A stretch of DNA of 64,000 nt, from the NCBI GenBank assembly GCA_003248805.1, contig QFQY01000014.1, positions 41,000-104,999 on the forward strand. Direction: 5' to 3'. This document shows positions 39,312 to 46,874 of this stretch, piece by piece. The notes beneath the pieces are model-generated. The model was not told the origin of the DNA. It did not search any database and was given only the letters and a program-made list of their open reading frames with translations. Source of the stretch: Chelatococcus sp. Its GTDB lineage: Bacteria; Pseudomonadota; Alphaproteobacteria; Rhizobiales; Beijerinckiaceae. The number at the start of each line of letters is the position of its first letter. Position 1 is the stretch's first letter. Position numbers and translations under genes: made by a program.

Positions 39312-41351
39312 TCAGCTGGGCTGGGGCTGGCCGCCCTCGGGCGTGCGCTGCCCCGTGATCAAGGGCAGCACGTCGTCGCGTCGGCCGATCATCTGGAGGC
39401 CGCCGTCCTTGATCATCATGATCTTGTCGACGCTGCGCAGCAGGGTCGGGCGCTGCGTCACTGCGACGATGGTCATGCCCCGCGCCTTGGCCCGCTCGAA
39501 GGCCACGGCGAGCGCCTTCTCGCCGAGGACGTCGAGATTGGAGTTCGGCTCGTCGAGCACGACCAGCCGGGGATTGCCGAAGAAGGCGCGGGCGAGGCCG
39601 ATGCGCTGCTTCTGGCCGCCGGAGAGCGGGCTGCCGTCCATGCCGATCTGCGTTTCGTAGCCCTGGGCGAACTGCGAGATCATCTCGTGGATGTCGGCGA
39701 TCTCCGCGGCCTCGAACACCTCGGCATCGGTAGCGTCCTCCCGCATGCGGGCGATGTTGGCCTTGATCGAGGCCGGGAAGAGCTGCATGTCCTGCGGCAG
39801 GTAGCCGACGCTCTCGCCGAACTGGCGCGGGTCCCAGTTGCGCAGATCCATCATGTCGAGCCTGACATTGCCGGCCGTCGGGTTGATCGAACCGACGAGC
39901 ATGCGCGCCAGCGTGGACTTGCCGCAGCCGGACGCCCCGACGATGGCGAGCGAGTCGCCCGGTTCCAGGCTGAAACTGATGCCGTTGAGGATGACCTTCT
40001 TCGTCGGCGGAGGCACATAGAGGATGCGCTCGACGTCGAGCTTGCCCGCAGGGCGCGGCAGGCGCAGCCGGTCGAGGTTGAGCGGAGAGCTCTGCAGCAG
40101 CGCCTGGACCCGCGAATAGGCGGCCCGCGCATGGATGAAGCTGCGCCAGCCCTCGATCGTGCCCTCGAGCGGGGCGAGCGCGCGCCCGGCCACGACGGAG
40201 GAGGCGATCACCATGCCGCCGGTGAGCTGGCCGGACAGCGAGAGCCAGGCGCCCCAACCGAGCATCGCGATCTGGGTGGAGAGCCGGAAGAACTTGGAGA
40301 TGCCGGTCATCACGACATTGCGGTCCTGGGCGCTGACCTGCGCCCGCAGCGACTCCGCCGTCTCGCGACCCCAGATCACCACGCCCTCGGGGATCATGCC
40401 CATGGCGTTGATGACCTGCGCGTTGCGCGACATCGCCTCGGTCTGCAGGTTCGCGCGCGTCGAGTACGCGCTGGCCCTGGCGAAGGGCACCGCCGTGAGC
40501 TGCTGGTTGATATAGGCGAGAAGGACCAGCACCAGCGCGGCGACGGCAACGATATAGCCGAGGTCCGGATGGATCAGGAACACCGCCAGCAGATAGATCG
40601 GCGCGGTCGGCGCATCGAGCATCGTCAGGACGACCGGCCCGGTCAGAAAACTGCGGATCTGCTGAAGGTCCGCCAGCACCTGGAATTCGCGGCTCGAGCC
40701 GGTCTGCGCCGCCTTGGCCGCGGCTGCGAGCACCGGCGCGCCGAGCCGGCTTTCGACATCGGCCGCGACGCGGGTGAGGATGAAGCGGCGCATCATGTCG
40801 AGCAGGACATGGGCGAGGATCGCGATCATGACGATGATCGAGAGCATCACCAGCGTATCGAGGCTGCGGCTGGTCAGCACCCGGTCCGACATCTGGAAAA
40901 GGTAGATCGGCACGGCGAGCACGAGCGTGTTCACCATCACCGAGAACAGCGCCACGATCAGGAGATTGCGCCGCGCATCGGCCAGCCCCTTGCCGAGCAC
41001 CTGCCGGAAGTCGCGGTCCCCGAGGCGCTTCTCGATGGGCGAACCGCCGCCGCCTCCGCCGCCCCGGCCTCCGCCCCCGCCATGGGAGGGCGGCGCGCCG
41101 TTGCCGGGGCTCACCGAGGGAGCCTTCGGACGCATCGTCGCGGGGCGCCGGGGCGCCGGAGCCTCGGCAGGCGCTTCGGCGCGGGCGGGCGCGGTCTGCT
41201 CCGAAACGGGGTCGTTGCTGTTCGCGACCGCCCCGCGCCTCATCTCGTCGAGGCCCATTTCCTCGAGGCCCATGGCCCGGGGCAGGACCGGCCCCATGGG
41301 GGCGGCGGTCGATCGCGGCGACGCCGCGCTTGTCATGGGGTCGTCATGCAT
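39312..41351 (-). CDS. Type I secretion system permease/ATPase (PrtD/HasD type, no C39 peptidase domain), with an unusual low-complexity N-terminal extension
   Basis: The TMD begins …ARRNLLIVALFSVMVNTLVLAVPIYLFQMSDRVL. The NBD has GASGCGKST, LSGGQKQR and VLDEPNSNLD. About 100 aa upstream of the TMD are A/P-rich and include GGGGGRGGGGGGG. The alternative start at M73 (41135) would still retain the Gly tract. Confidence 0.85.
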   Translation of the reverse strand: MHDDPMTSAASPRSTAAPMGPVLPRAMGLEEMGLDEMRRGAVANSNDPVSEQTAPARAEAPAEAPAPRRPATMRPKAPSVSPGNGAPPSHGGGGGRGGGGGGGSPIEKRLGDRDFRQVLGKGLADARRNLLIVALFSVMVNTLVLAVPIYLFQMSDRVLTSRSLDTLVMLSIIVMIAILAHVLLDMMRRFILTRVAADVESRLGAPVLAAAAKAAQTGSSREFQVLADLQQIRSFLTGPVVLTMLDAPTAPIYLLAVFLIHPDLGYIVAVAALVLVLLAYINQQLTAVPFARASAYSTRANLQTEAMSRNAQVINAMGMIPEGVVIWGRETAESLRAQVSAQDRNVVMTGISKFFRLSTQIAMLGWGAWLSLSGQLTGGMVIASSVVAGRALAPLEGTIEGWRSFIHARAAYSRVQALLQSSPLNLDRLRLPRPAGKLDVERILYVPPPTKKVILNGISFSLEPGDSLAIVGASGCGKSTLARMLVGSINPTAGNVRLDMMDLRNWDPRQFGESVGYLPQDMQLFPASIKANIARMREDATDAEVFEAAEIADIHEMISQFAQGYETQIGMDGSPLSGGQKQRIGLARAFFGNPRLVVLDEPNSNLDVLGEKALAVAFERAKARGMTIVAVTQRPTLLRSVDKIMMIKDGGLQMIGRRDDVLPLITGQRTPEGGQPQPS

Positions 41352-41366
41352 GATTCCGGCAGCCCC

Positions 41367-43358
41367 TCAGCTCAGCATCTGCGACATGAGATGGTCGTTG
41401 GCGCTGCCGGAGCAGCCGCCGTAACCGGGCTCGGGATGGCCGCCGTCATCCTCCGGCTCCGAGGCGAAAACGGCGAGTTCCGGAGCGAGCAGGCTGGTGT
41501 CGTGGATGACGATCCGGTCGTCATCCGTGACGATGTTGGCCTGCACGAGAATGCTGGCCTCATAGGCATCGCCGCCGAGATATTTGGAGGTCGAGAGCGC
41601 GCCCGGGTCGACGATGCGCGCTTCGTTCAGCATCGTGTTGCCGCCGGTTGAGACGCCCTGTCCGCTGTCGTCGGTCGTGCTCGCCTGAACGCTCTGGTCG
41701 ACGTCGGACATCACGTTGACCTGCGTGATCGTGTTGACGTCGTAGTAGTCGCCATTGACGTAGAGGATCTTCAGCGTGCCGGAAGCGCTGCCCGTCAGCT
41801 GCCAGTCGGCGTCGGGCGTCAGGCGCGAGACATTCTGGTCCAGACCCTCCAGCAGGTTGCGCTGGGCGTCGTTGAGCGCCTTGAAGGCCGCGCTGTCATA
41901 GGTCGTGATGCCGGCGTCGTTGACGAGCCGGTTGAAGCCGGCCGAGACCTCCGCGCCGGTGTCGTCGGCGTTGCCTGCCGAGACGATCTTCGCGACGTCG
42001 CTGTCCAGCATGACGTTGTACTGGAAGATCCAGTCGGCCCGGTGGTAGGAGCCGCCGACGATGATGATGTCGTAGGAGTCGAAGCCGGAGACCTTGGCGA
42101 GATTGTCCTGGTCGTTGCCGCCCGTCCGGGCGTCGAAATAGGTGCCCGCCGTCACCTGGACCGAGCGGTCGTTGTCGTCCAGCCCGTTGAACTGGACCAC
42201 CGACTTCACGTCGTAGAAGTCGCCGCGAAAGACGTCGACCTGCCAGTGCGGCGTCGCGGCTGCGCCACGATGCGCCAGGGCGATGTCGTGGACGACGAAC
42301 TCCGCGATGTTGTGGACCTGGTTGCCGTCCGCCCGGACGAAAGGCGAGGCGGAATCGCTCCGGGCGATGTCGACCCGGTCGCTGTCCGTCAGGATGTTGA
42401 CCTGCACGATGCCGCGGCTGAAGAAGTAGTCGCCGCCGATCATCAGGGAGCCGCTCGCCTCGTTCGCGTCGACGATGAGCGCGGCGTTGACTTGCGTGTT
42501 CTGGCCCGCCTCGACCACGGTCGCGACGCCCTGTGCCGGGGCGGGTCCGTCGATGCGGCTCTCCGCCTGCGCGGCTGCGGCCTCCGTGGGGACACGCCAC
42601 GGCGCGATCTCGAGAGGGTCGATGACCGGCAGCGGCGCGTCGCTGACGACGCCGTCGACGATGCGGCCGACAGGCGGCGTGGCGGTGGCGCCCTCGTCCG
42701 GCGCCTCGCCGCTCGCGCGCCAGCCGGCATCGCGGGCCTCGACCGAGGCGATCAGGGACGTGGCGTCGCCCGCCGCATGGCGCGGCAGCGTTTCCGGAGT
42801 CTCGTCGAGGGCCCGCGCGAGCATTTGCGAAATCTCGAGAGACGTATCGACCGCGGGCGGGACGACGGGCTCTCCGTCCGCGCCGCGCAGGCCCTGCGCG
42901 ATCAGCGTGTCGCGATCCTCCATCGCATGGATCTGCTTGACCGCGACCAGGCTCTCGTATCCGCCCTCCTCGTAGGTGACGGCGATGTGCCGCGGCACGG
43001 CCAGGCCGGGACCATCCGCCTCCTGAAAAGACTGCGGCTGCAGCGCCGCCGGCTTGTAGGGCAGGGGGGTGGGCACCACGCTGCCGCCGGGCATGGGCAC
43101 GCCGGGGATCGCCATTCTTGGAATCGGAATCAGATGGCCGGGATCGAGGGGCGGCGACTCGGGCAGGAGCACCGGGCGTGACGAAAGATCGTCGAAGTCC
43201 GGGCGGGCGCCGGCGTCGCGGAGCATGGCCCCCGGTTCGTCCGGCGGACGGACCGCCGGCGCGCCGTCATAGATTTCAGAGGAACGGGCGAGCGCATCGG
43301 AGATGTGCAGATAGCCCGCGAAGTGCCAGATGGTTTCGGTGAAACCGGCCGCGTTCAT
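41367..43358 (-). CDS. Large repeat protein (663 aa from MNAAGF…), probable T1SS-associated protein; no RTX nonapeptides and no Sec signal
   Basis: ORF 41367..43490. The likely start is ATG (complement of 43356-43358). The N-terminal half is proline-rich. The C-terminal ~335 aa contain five degenerate modules G-x-N-x3-N-x-A-x-I … GGDYY-x4-I-x-Q-x-N-x-(L/M)-x-D-x-D. It ends 15 nt before the ABC gene ORF. Confidence 0.7.
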   Translation of the reverse strand: MNAAGFTETIWHFAGYLHISDALARSSEIYDGAPAVRPPDEPGAMLRDAGARPDFDDLSSRPVLLPESPPLDPGHLIPIPRMAIPGVPMPGGSVVPTPLPYKPAALQPQSFQEADGPGLAVPRHIAVTYEEGGYESLVAVKQIHAMEDRDTLIAQGLRGADGEPVVPPAVDTSLEISQMLARALDETPETLPRHAAGDATSLIASVEARDAGWRASGEAPDEGATATPPVGRIVDGVVSDAPLPVIDPLEIAPWRVPTEAAAAQAESRIDGPAPAQGVATVVEAGQNTQVNAALIVDANEASGSLMIGGDYFFSRGIVQVNILTDSDRVDIARSDSASPFVRADGNQVHNIAEFVVHDIALAHRGAAATPHWQVDVFRGDFYDVKSVVQFNGLDDNDRSVQVTAGTYFDARTGGNDQDNLAKVSGFDSYDIIIVGGSYHRADWIFQYNVMLDSDVAKIVSAGNADDTGAEVSAGFNRLVNDAGITTYDSAAFKALNDAQRNLLEGLDQNVSRLTPDADWQLTGSASGTLKILYVNGDYYDVNTITQVNVMSDVDQSVQASTTDDSGQGVSTGGNTMLNEARIVDPGALSTSKYLGGDAYEASILVQANIVTDDDRIVIHDTSLLAPELAVFASEPEDDGGHPEPGYGGCSGSANDHLMSQMLS

Positions 43359-43448
43359 GACACGATCCTGAGGGCTGCCACGGGCATCCGGCGATGGCGC
43401 TCGCAAGGAACGCCTTGCATGGCCGGACGGGCCGTGGAGAGACGCAAA

Positions 43449-43516
43449 GGGCCGCGCGGCGGCCTGGCACCGCGCGGCCCGACTCGACATCCGGCCCGAA
43501 GACCGACGGGGTCTTC
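43449..43516 (-). terminator. Two stem-loops immediately downstream of the Q/N-rich gene (candidate partial terminator/attenuator or RNA-stabilising structures)
   Basis: GAAGACC-gacgg-GGTCTTC at 43498-43516 starts 1 nt after the stop codon. GGGCCGCGCGG-N10-CCGCGCGGCCC at 43449-43480 is a perfect 11-bp stem. There is no U-tract. Confidence 0.4.
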
Positions 43517-43517
43517 G

Positions 43518-44357
43518 TCAAAGGGCGTCGTTGATGTCGCCGCCGACGACCTGCAGGTCGACGGAGTTGAACTGGATGTTCGCGCCCATCGCAATGTGCT
43601 GGGTGAAGGCTTCCTGCGTGATCGAAGCCGCGGCGCTCGCGGTGCCGACGCCCGAGAAGTCGCCATCGTCGCCGGTGATCGCGCCGACGTTGGAGGTCGC
43701 CTCGCCACCCCAGGCCTTCGCCGTCATCGAGAAGTCGCCCACGGAGCTGGGATCGTGCGAGCGGCCGAAGCTCTCGGCGTCGAGCCCACCGGCGGCGTAG
43801 GACACCGAGGCGCCGCAGAGCGAGTCGTTGTCGGTCAGGTTGCTGACCTGATCGAGATTGAAGTTGGAGCCCGTGGTCGTGAGCTGGCTCACGACATCCG
43901 GCATCACGATCGACTGGCCGAGGTCGCTGATGTTGTCGATGTCGATCGCGTCGTTGTCGGACGGCACGCCGCTGTAGTCCGCGGAGATACCGAGATCGAC
44001 GTTGACACAGACGTTCACCGCCGTGTCGACCGTGTTCTCGACATGGTTCTGAACGTCGTTCGTGTTGGTGTTCGCGTTCTCGTTGCCGTTCTCGCTGTAG
44101 TTCAGGTTGCCATTGGCGTTACCGTTGGCGTTGCCGTTCAGATTGCCGTTGGCGTTGCCGTTGACGGCAGTGTTCCAGACGCTCGTGTCGACCGCCTGGC
44201 CGGCATACTGCGACTGGCCCTGGCCCTGGTAGGAGCCCTGGCCCTGGGCCTGACCTTGCCCCTGACCCTGGCCCTGCAACTGGGCCTGCAGCTCGGCCTG
44301 AGCCTGAGCCTGATCCTGGCTCGGATCATACGGTTTCGGGTGCGACCTGTTGCTCAT
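43518..44357 (-). CDS. Low-complexity Q/G- and N/G/A-rich repeat protein (279 aa), candidate type I secretion substrate
   Basis: Starts MSNRSHPKPYDP (ATG complement of 44355-44357), preceded by GGGAGAG. AQAQAELQAQLQGQGQGQGQAQGQGSYQGQGQSQYAGQ is followed by NGNANGNLNGNANGNANGNLNYSENGNENANTNTN. There is no signal peptide. The C-terminus is …GANIQFNSVDLQVVGGDINDAL. Confidence 0.7.
   Translation of the reverse strand: MSNRSHPKPYDPSQDQAQAQAELQAQLQGQGQGQGQAQGQGSYQGQGQSQYAGQAVDTSVWNTAVNGNANGNLNGNANGNANGNLNYSENGNENANTNTNDVQNHVENTVDTAVNVCVNVDLGISADYSGVPSDNDAIDIDNISDLGQSIVMPDVVSQLTTTGSNFNLDQVSNLTDNDSLCGASVSYAAGGLDAESFGRSHDPSSVGDFSMTAKAWGGEATSNVGAITGDDGDFSGVGTASAAASITQEAFTQHIAMGANIQFNSVDLQVVGGDINDAL
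44076..44320. repeat. In-frame short tandem DNA repeats encoding the N/G/A and Q/G tracts
   Basis: Reiterated GTTGCCGTT/GGCGTT units lie at 44076-44168. Reiterated CTGGCC/CTGACC/CTGAGC hexamers lie at 44196-44320 (plus-strand reading). Confidence 0.8.
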
Positions 44358-44905
44358 GACACTCTCCCGTTGGTGATGTCGGAGCGTCGTCGAAAGACCC
44401 CATCGCATCTCTTCTGTGACGCGAAAGTGGTACCTCTTCGAACACTCCTGATATCCTGTTGCGGTTCATTTGTTGCGGTGCCGGCCACTTGTAAAAATCG
44501 GGAAAACACCGCTCTCGACTGTCGTCCGGATAGATTTGGGTCGCTAATACCAGGTCATGGCGTCCTCCCATTCGCTTCGTCCCGACCGCCGAGCGCGCCG
44601 CCGATCCCTTGCCGGGATTTCTCTTTCGACGCTTCGCGGAGGATATGAAGTAGTTATTTGTGGTTAGCGCCGCTCGAATGGCGTGTCGATTTCAGTAAAA
44701 AAACGAAGTTGCGCAAATCCCTTAAGCGGATTTGCGTATCGCTTCTGAGCTCAGCGAGATTAACGACTCGGCAGATGCTCGTTTTCTTGAGCCGAGAATT
44801 CAACCATGCTATCGAAGCGTCAACTTTGATAAGCCGTACCCATCGCCGACGGGTCGTTGTCTTTTCCCGACCCGACCAGAAAAAGACGGGGCGGAGGAGG
44901 AAGCC

Positions 44906-45724
44906 ATGTGCGGATCAGGGAAATTCCGCTGCGAGGCGGAGGCCTATCTCTTTGTCGAAAGCCTCTCCTGGGATGGCAGCCCGCGCTGCCCGCACTGCGG
45001 CGAGCGTTCGCGGCTGGGCCGCCTGCGGGGCCGCAGCACCTCGCCCGGAACCTGGAAATGCTATCGTTGCCGGAAGCCGTTTTCCGTGCGCATCGGCACC
45101 GCGTTCCACAACAGCCATGTGCCGCTGCATGTCTGGCTGCAGGCGCTCTATCTCATGGCCGCCTCGGGGGGGCGCGTCAGCGTCCATTCGCTCTCGCAGG
45201 TGCTGATGGTGTCCCAGCGGACGGCCTGGCACCTCAAGCAGAGGATCGCCGCGAGCTTCGAGGCGCTCGCTCCAGACGGGACCGGAAAGGCCGCGGCGCC
45301 GGCCGGCGATGTCGATCTCGCTCTCACGCCACAGCCGGGCGAGCCGGGCGAGCCCTGGTTGAACGTCAGCCGCTACGAGCGCTTCCGGCAGGCGGCCGAG
45401 GCGAAAGGCGGACCCGAGACGCGGCCGCTCTTCCTGGCCGGCCTGCACGGCCTGCTGGGGCACAAGCTCCAGGCCGCGCCGCGCGGCGAGGAGCGAGACG
45501 AAGTCCAGCTCGAGCTTCTGCTGGAGGCCCGGCCCGAGCGTGATCGCTCGCTGCCGGCTCACGCAGGCGCGCTCCTCAGCAGCGGCCTTCGGACAGCGGG
45601 TCCGTCACATGCCGATCCCACAACGCCTGAAGATGGCCGCCATGTTCGTGCGCAGCCGCCGCATCCGTTTCCGAGCCGGCATCTGAACCCGCGAAATATC
45701 GGCTCGCGTCTCCACCCGTTCTAG
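44906..45724 (+). CDS. IS1595-type transposase N-terminal zinc-ribbon/HTH domain protein lacking a recognisable DDE domain
   Basis: ATG 44906 is preceded by GGAGGAGG. …SPRCPHCGERS…WKCYRCRKPFSVRIGTAFHNSHVPLHVWLQALYLM…VSQRTAWHLKQRI resembles the Zn-ribbon N-terminus of IS1595 transposases. No VE.DE.Y.GG-type catalytic region follows. The last ~150 nt overlap a convergent ORF and lose the GC3 bias. Confidence 0.55.
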   Translation: MCGSGKFRCEAEAYLFVESLSWDGSPRCPHCGERSRLGRLRGRSTSPGTWKCYRCRKPFSVRIGTAFHNSHVPLHVWLQALYLMAASGGRVSVHSLSQVLMVSQRTAWHLKQRIAASFEALAPDGTGKAAAPAGDVDLALTPQPGEPGEPWLNVSRYERFRQAAEAKGGPETRPLFLAGLHGLLGHKLQAAPRGEERDEVQLELLLEARPERDRSLPAHAGALLSSGLRTAGPSHADPTTPEDGRHVRAQPPHPFPSRHLNPRNIGSRLHPF

Positions 45725-46112
45725 ACGCCAGCGAGGCGTCGATGCTCTGCAGCGAGGCAAAGAAGGCCGAGCCGGCCGCCGCCCCCTCGGCGAAGGCCGT
45801 GTCTCTGGAACTCGACAACAGGAGGATCTCCTCACCGATCAGTTCCGGCCTCGCCCCGGTCATGGCGGCGAGGACGCTCGTCTGGACCGAGGCGAGCGCA
45901 TGCTCGGGAAGACGGCCGCCCGCATGCCTCGCCATCAGCGTGACGAGAGCGGTGAGGAAGCCGAGGGTGCGGGGAAGTGGGCGGCCGGGCATCGCCGAGG
46001 CGGGGTCCTCGTCCGCCCGGAAGGCGGAAGCGGCCCGGCCGGTGCGCAAAAAGGGCGCGAGCCTGGCCGAGATGGCCTTGCTGACGGATCTGGCTCGCAG
46101 CAAGCCAAACAT
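45576..46112 (-). CDS. Hypothetical protein (178 aa)
   Basis: MFGLLRARSVSKAISARLAPFLR… It has GC-rich third positions through to the stop. No family was recognised. It converges on and overlaps the 3' end of the previous ORF. Confidence 0.45.
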   Translation of the reverse strand: MFGLLRARSVSKAISARLAPFLRTGRAASAFRADEDPASAMPGRPLPRTLGFLTALVTLMARHAGGRLPEHALASVQTSVLAAMTGARPELIGEEILLLSSSRDTAFAEGAAAGSAFFASLQSIDASLASRTGGDASRYFAGSDAGSETDAAAAHEHGGHLQALWDRHVTDPLSEGRC

Positions 46113-46280
46113 GGTCGCGCCCTCGCGGCAGCGTGGATTTCGTGCCAGTTTAGAGCAGTCTGCGCCCTGGCGGGAGCCGCTCTTCCGAGGGAAGAGGTCA
46201 TCGGTCTCCGGCATCGGCGATGTTTCTGCGCTCGGCTCTGTCCGTCCGAACGGACTGCGATCTTGCGGAAGGCGAAGACA

Positions 46281-46862
46281 ATGAACCGCTCGTCCTTGCC
46301 GCCGCCGCCGGATTTCGCGGCGCTCGAAATGGCGGCGCAGGCCGGCTCGGACGAGCGCCAGCGCTTCCTCGCCCTGATCGGCGACCTCAATTTCGCCTGG
46401 GCGAACAATGAGAGCCTCCTGATCTACCTGCTCATGCTTCTGGCCGGCGTCGACGAGCGGAAGGCGGCGATCATCCACGCGACGCTCAATACGACGCGGG
46501 CCAGGCTCGACCTGATCCAGCGCCTCGCCAAGATCGGCCTCCCGGACGGCATGGAACGAGGCGAGCTCGAGGGCATCGTCGATGCGTTCACCGCCGCGAC
46601 GCGGCTGCGCAACGATCTGATGCACGCGACTTTCGTGATCGGCAGCGGCGGCGCCTTCACCCATACCCACAGCATGAAGCTGCAGGAGGCGGGAAACCGC
46701 CTGCGCTTCGGCACCCGCCGTCTCCTCGACGAGGCGAGGCTGACCGAGATCCGCAAGGCGGTTCAGGATCTCAAGGCGTTGAACCGGCGAATCTGGGGCT
46801 TCCTGCCGGTTCTCGAGGAGGCACTCGGCAAGCCGGGCGGGCAGGGCCCCGCTGCCGGTTGA
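46281..46862 (+). CDS. Hypothetical helical protein (193 aa)
   Basis: The ATG at 46281 lies within track ORF 45900..46862. MNRSSLPPPPDFAALEMAAQAGSDERQRFLALIGDLNFAWANNESLLIYLL… No family was recognised. Confidence 0.5.
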   Translation: MNRSSLPPPPDFAALEMAAQAGSDERQRFLALIGDLNFAWANNESLLIYLLMLLAGVDERKAAIIHATLNTTRARLDLIQRLAKIGLPDGMERGELEGIVDAFTAATRLRNDLMHATFVIGSGGAFTHTHSMKLQEAGNRLRFGTRRLLDEARLTEIRKAVQDLKALNRRIWGFLPVLEEALGKPGGQGPAAG

Positions 46863-46874
46863 GCCGGCTGCCTC

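Noticed and set aside
38778-41651. 957-aa plus-strand ORF overlapping the HlyD and ABC exporter genes.
   Set aside because: It is antisense to two genes with unambiguous family motifs. Its translation is low-complexity (R/A/G/D/H-rich) with no recognisable domain.
41367-44357. Searched both cargo-position proteins for RTX nonapeptides (GGxGxDxUx) and for Sec/Tat signal peptides.
   Set aside because: None were found. The closest strings (GGNDQDNL, GGDINDAL) lack the fourth-position glycine and are not tandem. They should therefore not be annotated as RTX or calcium-binding hemolysin-type proteins.
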